Assembly: GCA_947628315.1 (NCBI GenBank)
Contig: CANQZJ010000003.1
Location: 7,607 to 71,606 of the forward strand
Source of the DNA: an uncultured Oscillospiraceae bacterium
GTDB lineage: Bacteria > Bacillota > Clostridia > Oscillospirales > Oscillospiraceae
Direction of reading: 5' to 3'
Length of the DNA stretch: 64,000 nt
The notes under the pieces are model-generated. The model did no database searches. It saw nothing but the letters and a program-made list of their open reading frames with translations, and was not told the DNA's origin. Position 1 is the stretch's first letter, and the number at the start of each line of letters is the position of its first letter. This document shows positions 1 through 9,470 of this stretch, piece by piece. Position numbers and translations under genes: made by a program.

Positions 1-670
1 TATCGCTGTCTTCGAGCTTTACACGGGCATATGGGAAAACGGATGTATACATATCGGCAATGGATTTCTCCTGCTTCAGATCTGTCAGATTTTTGCCGTA
101 CATGATGGTGACTCCGTTGTCCTCGCCGCGGCTTTTCCATAAATGAATGACCTTGTTGTCAAACTCATATTCGCCGCCGAAAACATCGAGTATGCTGCCC
201 GATACACCGCCGAGAAAGGCTCTCATGCTTACGGGTTCGGTGATGTTCACGGTGTTCCTTGCCGTAATGTCGCTGAGGGATGAAAACCCCGTATTAGCCG
301 GTGAATTTGATAAAGCCGAATTCATGGCATTTGCCGCCGTTGTGTTCGTGATGGAAAGCGGAGGCACGGGATAACCGTTTAGGTCATAGCTGACGTGCCT
401 TGCGTAGACTGTGATCTGTCCGCTCATGGGCGTTGTCATGCGGTATATCCTGAATACCTGATGACAGGTATCGTCATCGTTGACCCTTGCCTGTATGAGA
501 GTTCCGGTTTCGAGCTTATCGAACAATTCACCGCTTACGGGATATTTCATCTCCAGCTCATATTCGCCGTTGCGTTCCTCGGTTATTTTGCAGGATGTGC
601 ATTCGGTGAGAAGTCCCAGACCGAGAGACGAAAAATCTGTTGTTTCTTTACTGAATAAAAATGGGATCAT
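1..670 (-). CDS. Phage tail spike/Tal-like minor structural protein (N-terminal part, truncated by window)
   Basis: Hand-translated from ATG 670: MIPFLFSKETTDFSSLGLG...EERNGEYELEMKYP...HVSYDL...FGGEYEFDN; ATGA overlap with the Dit stop. Confidence 0.85.
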   Translation of the reverse strand, partial: MIPFLFSKETTDFSSLGLGLLTECTSCKITEERNGEYELEMKYPVSGELFDKLETGTLIQARVNDDDTCHQVFRIYRMTTPMSGQITVYARHVSYDLNGYPVPPLSITNTTAANAMNSALSNSPANTGFSSLSDITARNTVNITEPVSMRAFLGGVSGSILDVFGGEYEFDNKVIHLWKSRGEDNGVTIMYGKNLTDLKQEKSIADMYTSVFPYARVKLEDSD

Positions 671-1509
671 ATTGTGTACCACCTCGGAATTATTTCAATT
701 TTTGAGAAGAATGGGTTTGTGTAAATGTAGTGCCTGACGCCTGGTTCAAATCGGGGCTGCCAGAATTTATCCGCACTGACTACCTTGCTTCTGTAGTCCG
801 AACCGTCCGCTGCAGTGACCATAAGATTTTCAAAATCCACCGTTACGCAGTCGGTGTTATCGAATACCGTGTTGCTGAGATTGAAGGATTTTATGATCTG
901 CATCGTACCGGATACCGCTCCCAAAAGATCCGTTGCTCTTGCAGAGCCGGTATCTTCATCGGCGTAAAGTCTGAGTATGCCGGATGCGTAATTCACCGTC
1001 GTATAGCTCGGATAAAATTTCACAATGGGATATGCCGTATATGCGGTGGGATTGGTGAGATAATGCACACCGCTTGCAAGCTCTATGGGGGTTTCACCGC
1101 TTTTAAGGTATCGCTGCGGTTTACAGTTAAATTTCAGCGTTGTCCTGCCGTATCTGCCGAGCAGATTCTGAATGTCCAGGGTTCCGGAGTAATGGCCGAG
1201 CCTGAATATATCTTCGCCGTTAAATTTCGCCCAGCCGTCACATTCAATGCGTAAATACTCCTTTGACGAAAGCAAAATATCGCAGAGCTTTGATATGTTT
1301 TCGTCTCTTGTTCTTCCGCCGCAGGGTTTTAAGGAAATGTCGATACTCTCGGTCACATTGTTAAAAGCGTCCTGCGAGAAAATGAGGTCGCCGTTCCTCC
1401 CGGGTATGCTCACCGTATCGATTTTTCTCTGTGCATGAACCTCCGTGGGATAATGCTCGACCATCACACCGAACTGAGATAAATCGACATTATTAATTTT
1501 TAAGTTCAT
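667..1509 (-). CDS. Distal tail protein (Dit-like)
   Basis: IPGRNGDL and FNCKPQRY motifs; lies between tape measure and Tal. Confidence 0.8.
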   Translation of the reverse strand: MNLKINNVDLSQFGVMVEHYPTEVHAQRKIDTVSIPGRNGDLIFSQDAFNNVTESIDISLKPCGGRTRDENISKLCDILLSSKEYLRIECDGWAKFNGEDIFRLGHYSGTLDIQNLLGRYGRTTLKFNCKPQRYLKSGETPIELASGVHYLTNPTAYTAYPIVKFYPSYTTVNYASGILRLYADEDTGSARATDLLGAVSGTMQIIKSFNLSNTVFDNTDCVTVDFENLMVTAADGSDYRSKVVSADKFWQPRFEPGVRHYIYTNPFFSKIEIIPRWYTI

Positions 1510-1527
1510 TTTTAATCACCGACTTTC

Positions 1528-1986
1528 TAATTTACAATTTACAATGTATAATGATGGTGGCAAATCAAAGATTTGCAATTTTAAGAATGGAGAATTTGTT
1601 ATGTCAGATAATATTGTTCGTGATAAAAGCAAAGCCTTTGCAATCAGAATAATCAAAATGTATAAATTTTTGCTCAAGGAGAAAAAAGAGTTCATCATTT
1701 CAAAGCAGCTTGTCAGAAGCGGAACAAGTATCGGGGCAAATGTGAGTGAAGGTGTCGTTGCTCAAAGCAAAAAGGAATTAATCGCAAAAATGAACATAGC
1801 ATTAAAAGAAGCAGCCGAAACCGAATACTGGTTGGAACTGCTTCATGAAACGGATTATTTAAATGATGCGGAATTTGAAAGCATATACAATGATTGTGCG
1901 GAACTCAACCGTCTATTAACCGCAATCATAAAATCATCGAATAATTCACAATTTTAAATTCATTGTACATTGTAAATTGTACATTA
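1528..1986. repeat. 27-bp imperfect inverted repeats (heptamer-based) bracketing the four-helix-bundle gene
   Basis: TAATTTACAATTTACAATGTATAATGA (1528-1554) vs TCATTGTACATTGTAAATTGTACATTA (1960-1986), 25/27 complementary. Confidence 0.85.
1601..1957 (+). CDS. Four helix bundle protein (23S rRNA IVP/Avd-like family)
   Basis: KSKAFAIRII...SKQLVRSGTSIGANVSEG...IALKEAAETEYWLELL signature; GGAG RBS; antisense to the tail operon. Confidence 0.9.
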   Translation: MSDNIVRDKSKAFAIRIIKMYKFLLKEKKEFIISKQLVRSGTSIGANVSEGVVAQSKKELIAKMNIALKEAAETEYWLELLHETDYLNDAEFESIYNDCAELNRLLTAIIKSSNNSQF

Positions 1987-4479
1987 CGCAAACACCGCTC
2001 CTTTCCGTTCAATTGCCGATTGCAGCATTTCCATAACGCTGTTGGCTATTTCGATTTCGCTCTGTCCCTGTGCTCCGTAAACATTGAGAACGATGCCGTC
2101 GATAAGTGTTGCGGGACCGCTCTCCGCAGAGAACGGATTCCGATCTGTGCCGTTTATACCCACATCAGCATCGAAATCAAAATCGGTTGGAACAACATTC
2201 TGCATATCCTTTTCGACCTGCCGCATGGTGTTTTCAAAGCCTTCACCGAGACCGAGGGCGAGGTTTTTACCCACCTGATCTCTGAACACCGTTGACGGTG
2301 AGTGGATACCAAAAACGCCTTTGATGGCGGAGATGATGGAATTTCCCATGCCTCTTATCTTGCTTACCACCCAGCTCAGAGCGTTACTCATACCGTTCCA
2401 AAGCCCCGTAAGCAGGTTGTAGCCCACATTTTTAAGAGAGCCGATGCCGTTGCTGATTGCATTGACTATTGAAGTAATGATCTTCGGAATATTGGAAACG
2501 ATGGTGGAAATTGCGGATGGCAGATTCTGTATCAAGGATTTCAGGAGCGTCAAGCCTGCATTGGCGATCTTCGGTATGCTGTTCGATATGGCGGTCACAA
2601 GTCCCGATATGATCTGAGGAATCGCTGCTACAACGGCGGAGATTATCTGCGGCAGGCTCTTTACCAGTGAAGTCAAAAGCGTTATTCCCGTGCTGATTAT
2701 CAGCGGAATATTCGATGTCAGCGCATTTACGATACTCGTTATGATCTGCGGAAGAACGGTGACAATGGCATTGATTATCACGGGCAGATTTTCAACCAGT
2801 GACGACAAAAGCTGTACGCCTGTTTGGATGATTTGAGGAATAGCTCCGACTATGAAAGTCACGATGCTTTCGATGATTTTCGGAAGCGCTTCTACCAGTA
2901 TGGGGATCGCATCTAAAATGCCCTTGGTTAAACCGGTAACGAGTTGCAAGGCTGCGTCCAAAATCATCGGCAGATTATCTATGAGCGTCTGCACGATCTG
3001 CATCACCACGCTTATGACTGCGGGAATCAAGTTCGGCAGAGCTTCGGCAATACCGCCGACAACGGAAGTGATTATCTGCATCGCCGCCGTGACCACCTGC
3101 GGTAAAAGACCAATGAGCGATGTCACGATTTCATTTATGATCTCCACCACTACGGGCAAAAGTGTGGGAATTGCCGATAGAATACCCTCCGCAAGGGATG
3201 CGATAATTGTCGGAGCACTTTCCAGTACCGCACCTGCCACCATGGTTATGAGGTTTACCGCCTGTGGAATCATCTCGGATATGCTTTCGATAAGACCTAT
3301 CACACCGTTTTGAATTTCGTCCGCAGCTTCCTCATTACCTGCCACAAGGTCGGAAAGACCGTCCATGATAAGCGTGAGTGACGGCAGCATTTCACCCATA
3401 ACGCTGTTCTTTACTCCGCCGAAGGTGCTTTGCAGCTTTGTGAGACTGTCCTCAAAAGCGGCACTCGCTTTGACTGCGTCATCGCTCATCACCATGCCGT
3501 AATTCTCGGCTTCGTCAAGAAGAGCTTTTGTGGCTTCTTCCGTTTGATTCAACAGCGGCAGCAGGTCTTGACCGCTTTTACCGAACATATCGTTTGCAAG
3601 GGCGGCTTTTTCCGTTTCGTCCGAAACATTCTGCAAAGTTGCAACCGTCATCTCAAAAATATCTTCTCTGGATTTATCCTTGATATCGTCTATGGAGATG
3701 CCGAGCCTTGTGAACTTCTCCGTTGCGGAATCGGAACCGTTTTTTGCGTCATCAATGGTGTTGGTAAGGGTTTTTAAGCCTGTGGTACACGCTCCCATGG
3801 AGGTTCCGGCAAGATTCATGGCATAGTCCCATTTCTGATAGGCTTCGTAGCTTAAGCCCACCTTCTGGCTTTGCTTTTCTATGGAATCTCCGTATTCGGC
3901 CGTGTCGTTTGCTAAGTCCCATATGGCTTTGCCTGCGGCTACGGCTGCCGTACCTATTGCCGTTACCGCGGCCACGGCAGCGGTTGCGACTGTGCTGACC
4001 ACATCCTTGAACTTTGAAAATTTGCTTTCAGCTTCATCCGCCGTATCGCCGCTTTCTTCCACGGAATCGGAAAAGTCCTCTGTGGAATTCTCCGCATTAG
4101 CCTGAGTATTTGACAGCTCATCAATGGCTTTTTCGTTATCGGCAACCTCACGCTCCATGGTGTTTAATACAGCTTCCGCATTATTGAGCTGTATCTGCCA
4201 GGCCTGTGTACGCTTATCGTTTTCACCGAAGGAGGACGCAGCATTTTCAAGTGCCGAGCGTAAAACTTCGATTTTTTGCTTTTGTGCTTCGATCTCTTTA
4301 TTCAGCACGGTGTTTTTTGCAGCAAGCGATTCAACCGATTTGTTGTTTGAATCGAACTGCGAAGTGACGAGCTTCATCTCCGAACCCAGCACTTTGAATG
4401 TTTGATTTATTTCGCTGAGTGCTGACTTGAATTCTTTTTCACCCTCAAGACCGATTTTTAATCCGAAATCCGATGCCAT
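1984..4479 (-). CDS. Phage tail tape measure protein
   Basis: 831 aa; MASDFGLKIGLEGEKEF start, amphipathic repeats, GIHSPS motif. Confidence 0.92.
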   Translation of the reverse strand: MASDFGLKIGLEGEKEFKSALSEINQTFKVLGSEMKLVTSQFDSNNKSVESLAAKNTVLNKEIEAQKQKIEVLRSALENAASSFGENDKRTQAWQIQLNNAEAVLNTMEREVADNEKAIDELSNTQANAENSTEDFSDSVEESGDTADEAESKFSKFKDVVSTVATAAVAAVTAIGTAAVAAGKAIWDLANDTAEYGDSIEKQSQKVGLSYEAYQKWDYAMNLAGTSMGACTTGLKTLTNTIDDAKNGSDSATEKFTRLGISIDDIKDKSREDIFEMTVATLQNVSDETEKAALANDMFGKSGQDLLPLLNQTEEATKALLDEAENYGMVMSDDAVKASAAFEDSLTKLQSTFGGVKNSVMGEMLPSLTLIMDGLSDLVAGNEEAADEIQNGVIGLIESISEMIPQAVNLITMVAGAVLESAPTIIASLAEGILSAIPTLLPVVVEIINEIVTSLIGLLPQVVTAAMQIITSVVGGIAEALPNLIPAVISVVMQIVQTLIDNLPMILDAALQLVTGLTKGILDAIPILVEALPKIIESIVTFIVGAIPQIIQTGVQLLSSLVENLPVIINAIVTVLPQIITSIVNALTSNIPLIISTGITLLTSLVKSLPQIISAVVAAIPQIISGLVTAISNSIPKIANAGLTLLKSLIQNLPSAISTIVSNIPKIITSIVNAISNGIGSLKNVGYNLLTGLWNGMSNALSWVVSKIRGMGNSIISAIKGVFGIHSPSTVFRDQVGKNLALGLGEGFENTMRQVEKDMQNVVPTDFDFDADVGINGTDRNPFSAESGPATLIDGIVLNVYGAQGQSEIEIANSVMEMLQSAIERKGAVFA

Positions 4480-4499
4480 GACAATTCCTCCTTTCGCAA

Positions 4500-4533
4500 A
4501 AATTAAAGCGACTCCGCATTTCGCGAAGCCGCT
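4500..4533 (-). terminator. Terminator-like hairpin before the tape measure gene
   Basis: Minus strand AGCGGCTTCGC-GAAAT-GCGGAGTCGCT followed by TTAATTTT. Confidence 0.45.
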
Positions 4534-5371
4534 ATGAAGAAATTATTCTGTATTTTTTACTTGACGAAAATATTGATTTACTTGTCGCAATCCAAACACC
4601 ATTTTGCTTTACATATACATTTTTCGCTTCTTTAAAGCTGCCGTTCTGTTTTAGATAAACACCCGATGTCGGTATCTTTTCAAATACACCTTCGATGTTC
4701 TCGACTGTTGAGTTATCCCATATGGTTGTTCTCGAATAGATGTAGTTGTTTTCGTAGGATATATATCCGGTATAACCGACTCTCCGCCAGCCGACAAATC
4801 TGTATCCTTCATTAGGCACAGCTTTGAATGTCCAGCTTGCCCCTTTCTGAATCACGGAGTTAAACTGAGTAATTTCCTGCGTTCCTCCGCCCGACACCGT
4901 TCCTCCGCCGTTTGCGGATAAATTCACCGTGTATGTGGGCAATGAATATGTCCATTCGGCATAAGCGGAATTACAAGTGTATTTTCGTATAACCGTCGCA
5001 GTCATTGTAACTGCGAGTTTTGAATATGAAGTCTTAATCGCTCCGCTGTCAGATGTGCCGGAGTTGTAATATGCCGCAGGAATATTTCCCGAAACGGCTG
5101 TGTTGGAGCTGCCGATCAGCTCGCTGCCGCCGCATATTTTGTATCCGCTCCGGTACGGCGATGAGTCAGAAAAATACCACCATGCGTCTGCTTTGGCCGA
5201 AAGTGAAGTCTTCGCCTGACAGTAAAGGAAAATACTGCTTATGGCAGAATACTGTGGTATGGTATTCTTTACCGCCGCATTTAAATCACTTATGTCCACA
5301 GAGTGGTAATGGTCAAATGTATAACCCGCTGCGGAGTGGGAACCCGTTAGTGTATATCTGTATGTCGGCAT
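4532..5371 (-). CDS. Putative virion/receptor-binding protein with InlB B-repeat-like domain
   Basis: YTVNLSANGGGTVSGGG...AVPNEGYRFVGW; C-terminal VYVKQNGVW motif. Confidence 0.55.
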   Translation of the reverse strand: MPTYRYTLTGSHSAAGYTFDHYHSVDISDLNAAVKNTIPQYSAISSIFLYCQAKTSLSAKADAWWYFSDSSPYRSGYKICGGSELIGSSNTAVSGNIPAAYYNSGTSDSGAIKTSYSKLAVTMTATVIRKYTCNSAYAEWTYSLPTYTVNLSANGGGTVSGGGTQEITQFNSVIQKGASWTFKAVPNEGYRFVGWRRVGYTGYISYENNYIYSRTTIWDNSTVENIEGVFEKIPTSGVYLKQNGSFKEAKNVYVKQNGVWIATSKSIFSSSKKYRIISS

Positions 5372-5378
5372 ATTTCAG

Positions 5379-5594
5379 TCACCTCAAATCAAGATACAAG
5401 TCGCCGTCTTTTCCGAGAGAAGCTGACGGAGTACCGTAACCCGTATAACAATCCTGAACGCTTAAAGTTCCCGTTACGGCTTTGCCGGATTTGTCATGGG
5501 CTGTGTATCCCGCCAATAGCTTATCTGCGGAAACGGTATCCGATGTCAGATCCACAAGAACGGTGGTACCGTATACAACTTTATTTACCGCCAT
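5379..5594 (-). CDS. Small tail-fibre-like protein, paralogue of the N-terminus of the adjacent gene
   Basis: NKVVYG..LVDLTSDTVSADKLLAGYTAHDKSG; ends GKDGDLYL. Confidence 0.6.
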   Translation of the reverse strand: MAVNKVVYGTTVLVDLTSDTVSADKLLAGYTAHDKSGKAVTGTLSVQDCYTGYGTPSASLGKDGDLYLDLR

Positions 5595-5595
5595 A

Positions 5596-6174
5596 TCAGC
5601 CACCAATTGTTACTGTCACTCCGCCTGCGGCATTATCGCTCTCGGCATAAGGGATAGCCGCTACGACAACCTGTGACAGATAGTCGATATTTTCATCCGG
5701 CAGTATGGTCTGTTCCGTTATCTTCGGTGTTACGGATTTGCTCTGAGCCGTAACGCTGCTTGAAGGCTTGCAAGTGCCGGTCACGCCGAGTATTTGAACT
5801 CCTTGTTTGATGTTGCCTTCGATGATTTTTGATTTTTCCGTAGCGTCGATGCCGATTTTGCCGCTGCCGTCATGAAAGCCCATGGGGATGGATATTTCAT
5901 CATTGACATCTCGTATTTCCTCACTGAAACTTCCGTTGTTCGGCATGGTACCGGTGATTTTCGCACCTCTCGCATATGCCGTTTTCCCTTCGAGCATCTC
6001 GGCAACGCCGACAGTCGCATCGGCGGAGTCCACATCAAAAGGACAAGTGCCCGTGATGACCGCACCGCTTTTGTCGTGGGCTGTCTGACCTTTGAGCAAT
6101 TTATCCGGCGATACGGTATCGCCCGTAAGGTCGATAAGCGTCTGATTGCCGAAAATGACCTTGTTAATATCCAT
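5596..6174 (-). CDS. Putative tail-fibre/structural protein
   Basis: NKVIFG..LIDLTGDTV; GKTAYARGAKITGTMPNNG; NIKQGVQILGVTGT. Confidence 0.6.
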   Translation of the reverse strand: MDINKVIFGNQTLIDLTGDTVSPDKLLKGQTAHDKSGAVITGTCPFDVDSADATVGVAEMLEGKTAYARGAKITGTMPNNGSFSEEIRDVNDEISIPMGFHDGSGKIGIDATEKSKIIEGNIKQGVQILGVTGTCKPSSSVTAQSKSVTPKITEQTILPDENIDYLSQVVVAAIPYAESDNAAGGVTVTIGG

Positions 6175-6190
6175 AAAAATCATCCTTTCA

Positions 6191-6280
6191 AATGTAAAAT
6201 TTATAATTTACAATGTACAATTAAGCACAGCAAAAAAATTCAGAAAAATTGTGAATTATACATTGTAAATTGTACATTCA
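6191..6280. repeat. Gene-less copy of the heptamer inverted-repeat element
   Basis: AATTTATAATTTACAATGTACAATT (6198-6222) and AATTATACATTGTAAATTGTACATT (6254-6278), 22/25 complementary; same sequence family as 1528-1986. Confidence 0.8.
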
Positions 6281-6532
6281 TTAAGTTCCTCCTATCACGG
6301 CTGTCATGCCGTTTTGATTGTTTGAAACCTCATAATACTGGATCTCGCGAAACAGAATGTCCTGTGTGAGGTATGTGTCGCGGGTATTGAGCGTCTGCGG
6401 TGTTACTTTCGGTGTCAGTTCATATTCGCCTTCATACTCGGGGTAATTTGCGAACGAGATGCCCTGACCGAAACAAACATGAAAAGGTTTATCCTGAGTG
6501 AATCTTACCTTAAACACCATTTCATATTTCAC
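6281..6532 (-). CDS. Phage hypothetical protein (YEGEYELTP motif)
   Basis: ORF in the tail cassette, overlapping the neighbouring stop/start. Confidence 0.6.
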   Translation of the reverse strand: MKYEMVFKVRFTQDKPFHVCFGQGISFANYPEYEGEYELTPKVTPQTLNTRDTYLTQDILFREIQYYEVSNNQNGMTAVIGGT

Positions 6533-6824
6533 CGTCCTTGAGCAGTTCTTCGGCAGAAACGGTTATGATATTTGAAGCAAGAGCTTCGCCCATAACGGTT
6601 TTCACTCTTATCTGTATCCGCACCTGACCGGGAGAAAAAAGCAATGTCTCGGCCTGCGTCAGCTTTACGATAAACGCTTCATCTGTTACGGATATATCGT
6701 CTATATCTTTTTCAACAATAGTTTTTTCTCCCTGCCTGTAGGTAATGAAGATCTTCTCGAATTTCGCTCCGCTCAAGCTCTCGCCGAAGGTAAAGGTGTG
6801 GGTGGGTGTTGTACCTCTCTGCAT
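6522..6824 (-). CDS. Phage structural protein, BppU-N-like (RGTTPTHTF)
   Basis: RBS GGAGGG; LTQAETLLF..QIRV motif. Confidence 0.55.
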   Translation of the reverse strand: MQRGTTPTHTFTFGESLSGAKFEKIFITYRQGEKTIVEKDIDDISVTDEAFIVKLTQAETLLFSPGQVRIQIRVKTVMGEALASNIITVSAEELLKDGEI

Positions 6825-6835
6825 TTTTCTCCCTC

Positions 6836-7045
6836 CTATATCCCGTCGGGAATAATATCGTCAATGAACAGTTCGGCTTTCGGCTTTGCAAGACCGTTAT
6901 ACTGTTTATGACATTCCCACAGATCCATAAGCAGACCGAACGGCATCAGTCCGACTTCATCAAAGCTCAAATGAAGCTGGGCTATGCCGTAATACAGCAG
7001 CCGGGTAAACAATTCATCATCGCTTACTCGGCTTCTGCGTTTTTT
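6836..7045 (-). CDS. Tail assembly chaperone C-terminal extension (gpT-like), reached by -1 frameshift
   Basis: A AAA AAC at 7045-7039; the -1 frame reads RRSRVSDDELFTRLLYYG...IDDIIPDGI*. Confidence 0.75.
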   Translation of the reverse strand, partial: KKRRSRVSDDELFTRLLYYGIAQLHLSFDEVGLMPFGLLMDLWECHKQYNGLAKPKAELFIDDIIPDGI

Positions 7046-7404
7046 GAGTCTGTCTCGCTTTCAATGTTTCTCTTTGTGCCTTTGTAGAGCGCTTCGGTCA
7101 GAGCGTTTTTGTACGTTGCCAGATCGAAAGGCGTTGTCAGAAGCTCCACCGTTTCTTCCGTAAGCAGAGCCTTTTTATTCTCATTTCTGAGATTGTGGAT
7201 AAGAATGCTCTGATTTGCAAGCAGCGTGATAAGCCAAACGATCTCATCGATAGCCATTTCAAAGTTTTCTGCTTTCATCAGCTTATCTCCGAGGTTTTCA
7301 AGACCTCCGTATCTTGCAGCGATTTCCTTTGTCGCCTTTGTTGTAAGGAGCAATTCATACTCTTCGCCGCCGATCAAAATTTTTGCACTGCGTTCGGTAT
7401 CCAT
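7024..7404 (-). CDS. Tail assembly chaperone (gpG-like)
   Basis: Follows the major tail gene; ends in slippery SKN codons. Confidence 0.8.
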   Translation of the reverse strand: MDTERSAKILIGGEEYELLLTTKATKEIAARYGGLENLGDKLMKAENFEMAIDEIVWLITLLANQSILIHNLRNENKKALLTEETVELLTTPFDLATYKNALTEALYKGTKRNIESETDSKNAEAE

Positions 7405-7416
7405 CGAAAACCCTCC

Positions 7417-8028
7417 TTACTTTTTAACCGTTGCGACGGGTGCTGCCATAGTAGATGTATATTTCGGCTCATACACTTCTTTATACCAGTTCGTAATCGT
7501 GGCGGCAGCCGCTTCACCCTCGGTTGCTTCTGCTTTCCACGGATGCTTTCCGGCTGCGTCCTCTTTGTTTCTTCGGAAAATGGTACCTTCAATCGTGGGA
7601 GTAGAGAATGTAATACTGTCGCCTTTGGTGGCAAGGCTTGTTGCCGGAATGCCGAAGATCACTCTGTAAAGCCAGTAGTATTTGTATTTACCGTTTGCTT
7701 TTCTTGCCCTGAAACCGATGGCAACGGGTGTACCGCAGTCCTCAGCCGTAGAAACGACCGCCTTGTTGGAGTCGATCGTAGCTCCCGTAAGGTCGGAAGT
7801 CGCATCGTGACCGATATCGTCAACACCCAACGAAAGCGTTCCCGATTTAAATTCTTTGACCATTTCCGCAGCACCGTCATCGGCGTAAAGTATCGCTTCG
7901 GCAAGCTCTACCGAGAGATCCGCTGAGATAGCTTTCGCAAGCTGTACGGGAGTGCCGTATGTTTCATTACCGCTGTCGTCCTCGGTAATTTTTGAGTAGT
8001 ATAATTTATCAAGGCCAATCGTAGCCAT
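7417..8028 (-). CDS. Major tail protein (phi13 family)
   Basis: MATIGLDKLYY...LYADDG...YYWLYRVIF. Confidence 0.9.
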   Translation of the reverse strand: MATIGLDKLYYSKITEDDSGNETYGTPVQLAKAISADLSVELAEAILYADDGAAEMVKEFKSGTLSLGVDDIGHDATSDLTGATIDSNKAVVSTAEDCGTPVAIGFRARKANGKYKYYWLYRVIFGIPATSLATKGDSITFSTPTIEGTIFRRNKEDAAGKHPWKAEATEGEAAAATITNWYKEVYEPKYTSTMAAPVATVKK

Positions 8029-8372
8029 TATATTTCCTCCGTTTCGTAATGTTTTGCAACATCAATATTGTAATGATGATATTTCGTATCGGGTTCGTAA
8101 CCGATGTATTTTCGATCGGTTACGGTAAAATCCGCTTTCAGAAGAGAGCGGACTATCGTGTTTTTCTCTTTTGTGTAACTGCCTTTGCAGTAGAGTGAAA
8201 GCCTTGCTTCCTGAACATCATATCCGGGAGCATTGTCCGCATGAAGCTCAAAGGTGTCGACAAGCGGTATGATAACGATATATTTATCGGGAGCATCATC
8301 CGAAAACACACCCGTTTCAAAGGGAATGCCGAGGGGCTTTAGGAGCGTATTCAGATCTTCGAGTATGCTCAA
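8028..8372 (-). CDS. Tail completion/terminator protein
   Basis: Position and size. Confidence 0.65.
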   Translation of the reverse strand: MSILEDLNTLLKPLGIPFETGVFSDDAPDKYIVIIPLVDTFELHADNAPGYDVQEARLSLYCKGSYTKEKNTIVRSLLKADFTVTDRKYIGYEPDTKYHHYNIDVAKHYETEEI

Positions 8373-8800
8373 AATTTTTCGACCTCGCTTTCAAAGGTTT
8401 TCAGCATTGCATCCTGTGCCACCGTCTTGCTGCCCGATTTCGCAGGCTTCAAAAAGGGCTTTGCGGGCTGACCGTGTTTGCCGTATTCGAGAATATTTGC
8501 AATTTTAGCGTTGCTGTCTCCATCGCTTCTCGGTTCGGCAAAACCGACCTTTATATCGTGATTCCCGTTTTTATCCACCTTGACGGGCGATAGACCGAGG
8601 GAGTGTTCAAGCTCACCGGTGGAGCGGGAATCGTATTTTGTTCCGCTGCCGACAACCGCCGACAGGTTGCTCTTTACCTTCTGCAGAACGACTTCGCCTC
8701 CGGCTTCGAGAACCTTTTCGGCTATTTCATCGGTTCTGTCACCGAGGGAGGACAGCCTTTTGAGAAAATCATCGGGCATTTTCAAATCGCATTTTGCCAT
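8369..8800 (-). CDS. HK97 gp10-family neck protein
   Basis: STGEL..., LEYGKHGQPAKPFLKPA. Confidence 0.85.
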   Translation of the reverse strand: MAKCDLKMPDDFLKRLSSLGDRTDEIAEKVLEAGGEVVLQKVKSNLSAVVGSGTKYDSRSTGELEHSLGLSPVKVDKNGNHDIKVGFAEPRSDGDSNAKIANILEYGKHGQPAKPFLKPAKSGSKTVAQDAMLKTFESEVEKF

Positions 8801-8804
8801 ACTG

Positions 8805-9143
8805 TCACGCTCCCTTTGCCGGTTCTATTTTTACGGCAAGAACCTCAATATACATACCTTTACCTTTGACATCTTCAACAGAAACGATCTCGAACCGCTC
8901 ATCACCGCAGGCCAGAATATGATCTGTCGTGATTTTTACATTCGGAAAGGCACGGAAGCGGAAAAGGTCGGTCACATTGAAGAAAGCGGCAAAGTTGGCC
9001 CATTTCTGTGAGCCGTGTCTGCCTTCGCGATATGCTCTTGTGGATGCAATCGTTTTTTCTTCGGTAACGGCGAAACCTTCGCTGTCGGTGGTATTCACCG
9101 TTTCGAGAAAATATATAGCCGTATTCATCTTACCTAAGCTCAT
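8805..9143 (-). CDS. Head closure / head-tail adaptor
   Basis: DSEGF..., EIVSVEDVKGKGMYIEVLA; position. Confidence 0.8.
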   Translation of the reverse strand: MSLGKMNTAIYFLETVNTTDSEGFAVTEEKTIASTRAYREGRHGSQKWANFAAFFNVTDLFRFRAFPNVKITTDHILACGDERFEIVSVEDVKGKGMYIEVLAVKIEPAKGA

Positions 9144-9454
9144 ACCTTCCACTCCCTGTCGAGTCTTAAAAGCAAATTTACCGTATTCCAGACCTGCTGT
9201 GCCGCCGCAGTGTTATCCGAAAAGAAACCGCCGGTGCTGCCGTCTCTGCTTTCATAGAAGTGGGATGACAGCATAATGACCGCCTGTTCGGTGGTGGGCG
9301 GCATACGGTTTGCTTCGTAATATCCTTCCGGGATATGCTGATAGCTTTCCGCGTAAGCAACGGCAGCGGTGATGAAACCCTTTAAAAGTTCATCATCCTC
9401 ATTATGAGAGAGTATTAAATTTGCTTTGACCTTTTCCAAAAGTGTGTCCATCAC
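9140..9454 (-). CDS. Head-tail connector (gp6-like)
   Basis: VKANLIL.H.EDDELL...HFYESR. Confidence 0.85.
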   Translation of the reverse strand: MMDTLLEKVKANLILSHNEDDELLKGFITAAVAYAESYQHIPEGYYEANRMPPTTEQAVIMLSSHFYESRDGSTGGFFSDNTAAAQQVWNTVNLLLRLDREWKV

Positions 9455-9470
9455 CGCCGGCTCCTTTCCG

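Noticed and set aside
1601-1957. Diversity-generating retroelement suggested by an Avd-like gene near tail genes
   Set aside because: No reverse transcriptase and no TR/VR pair differing at adenines seen in the window
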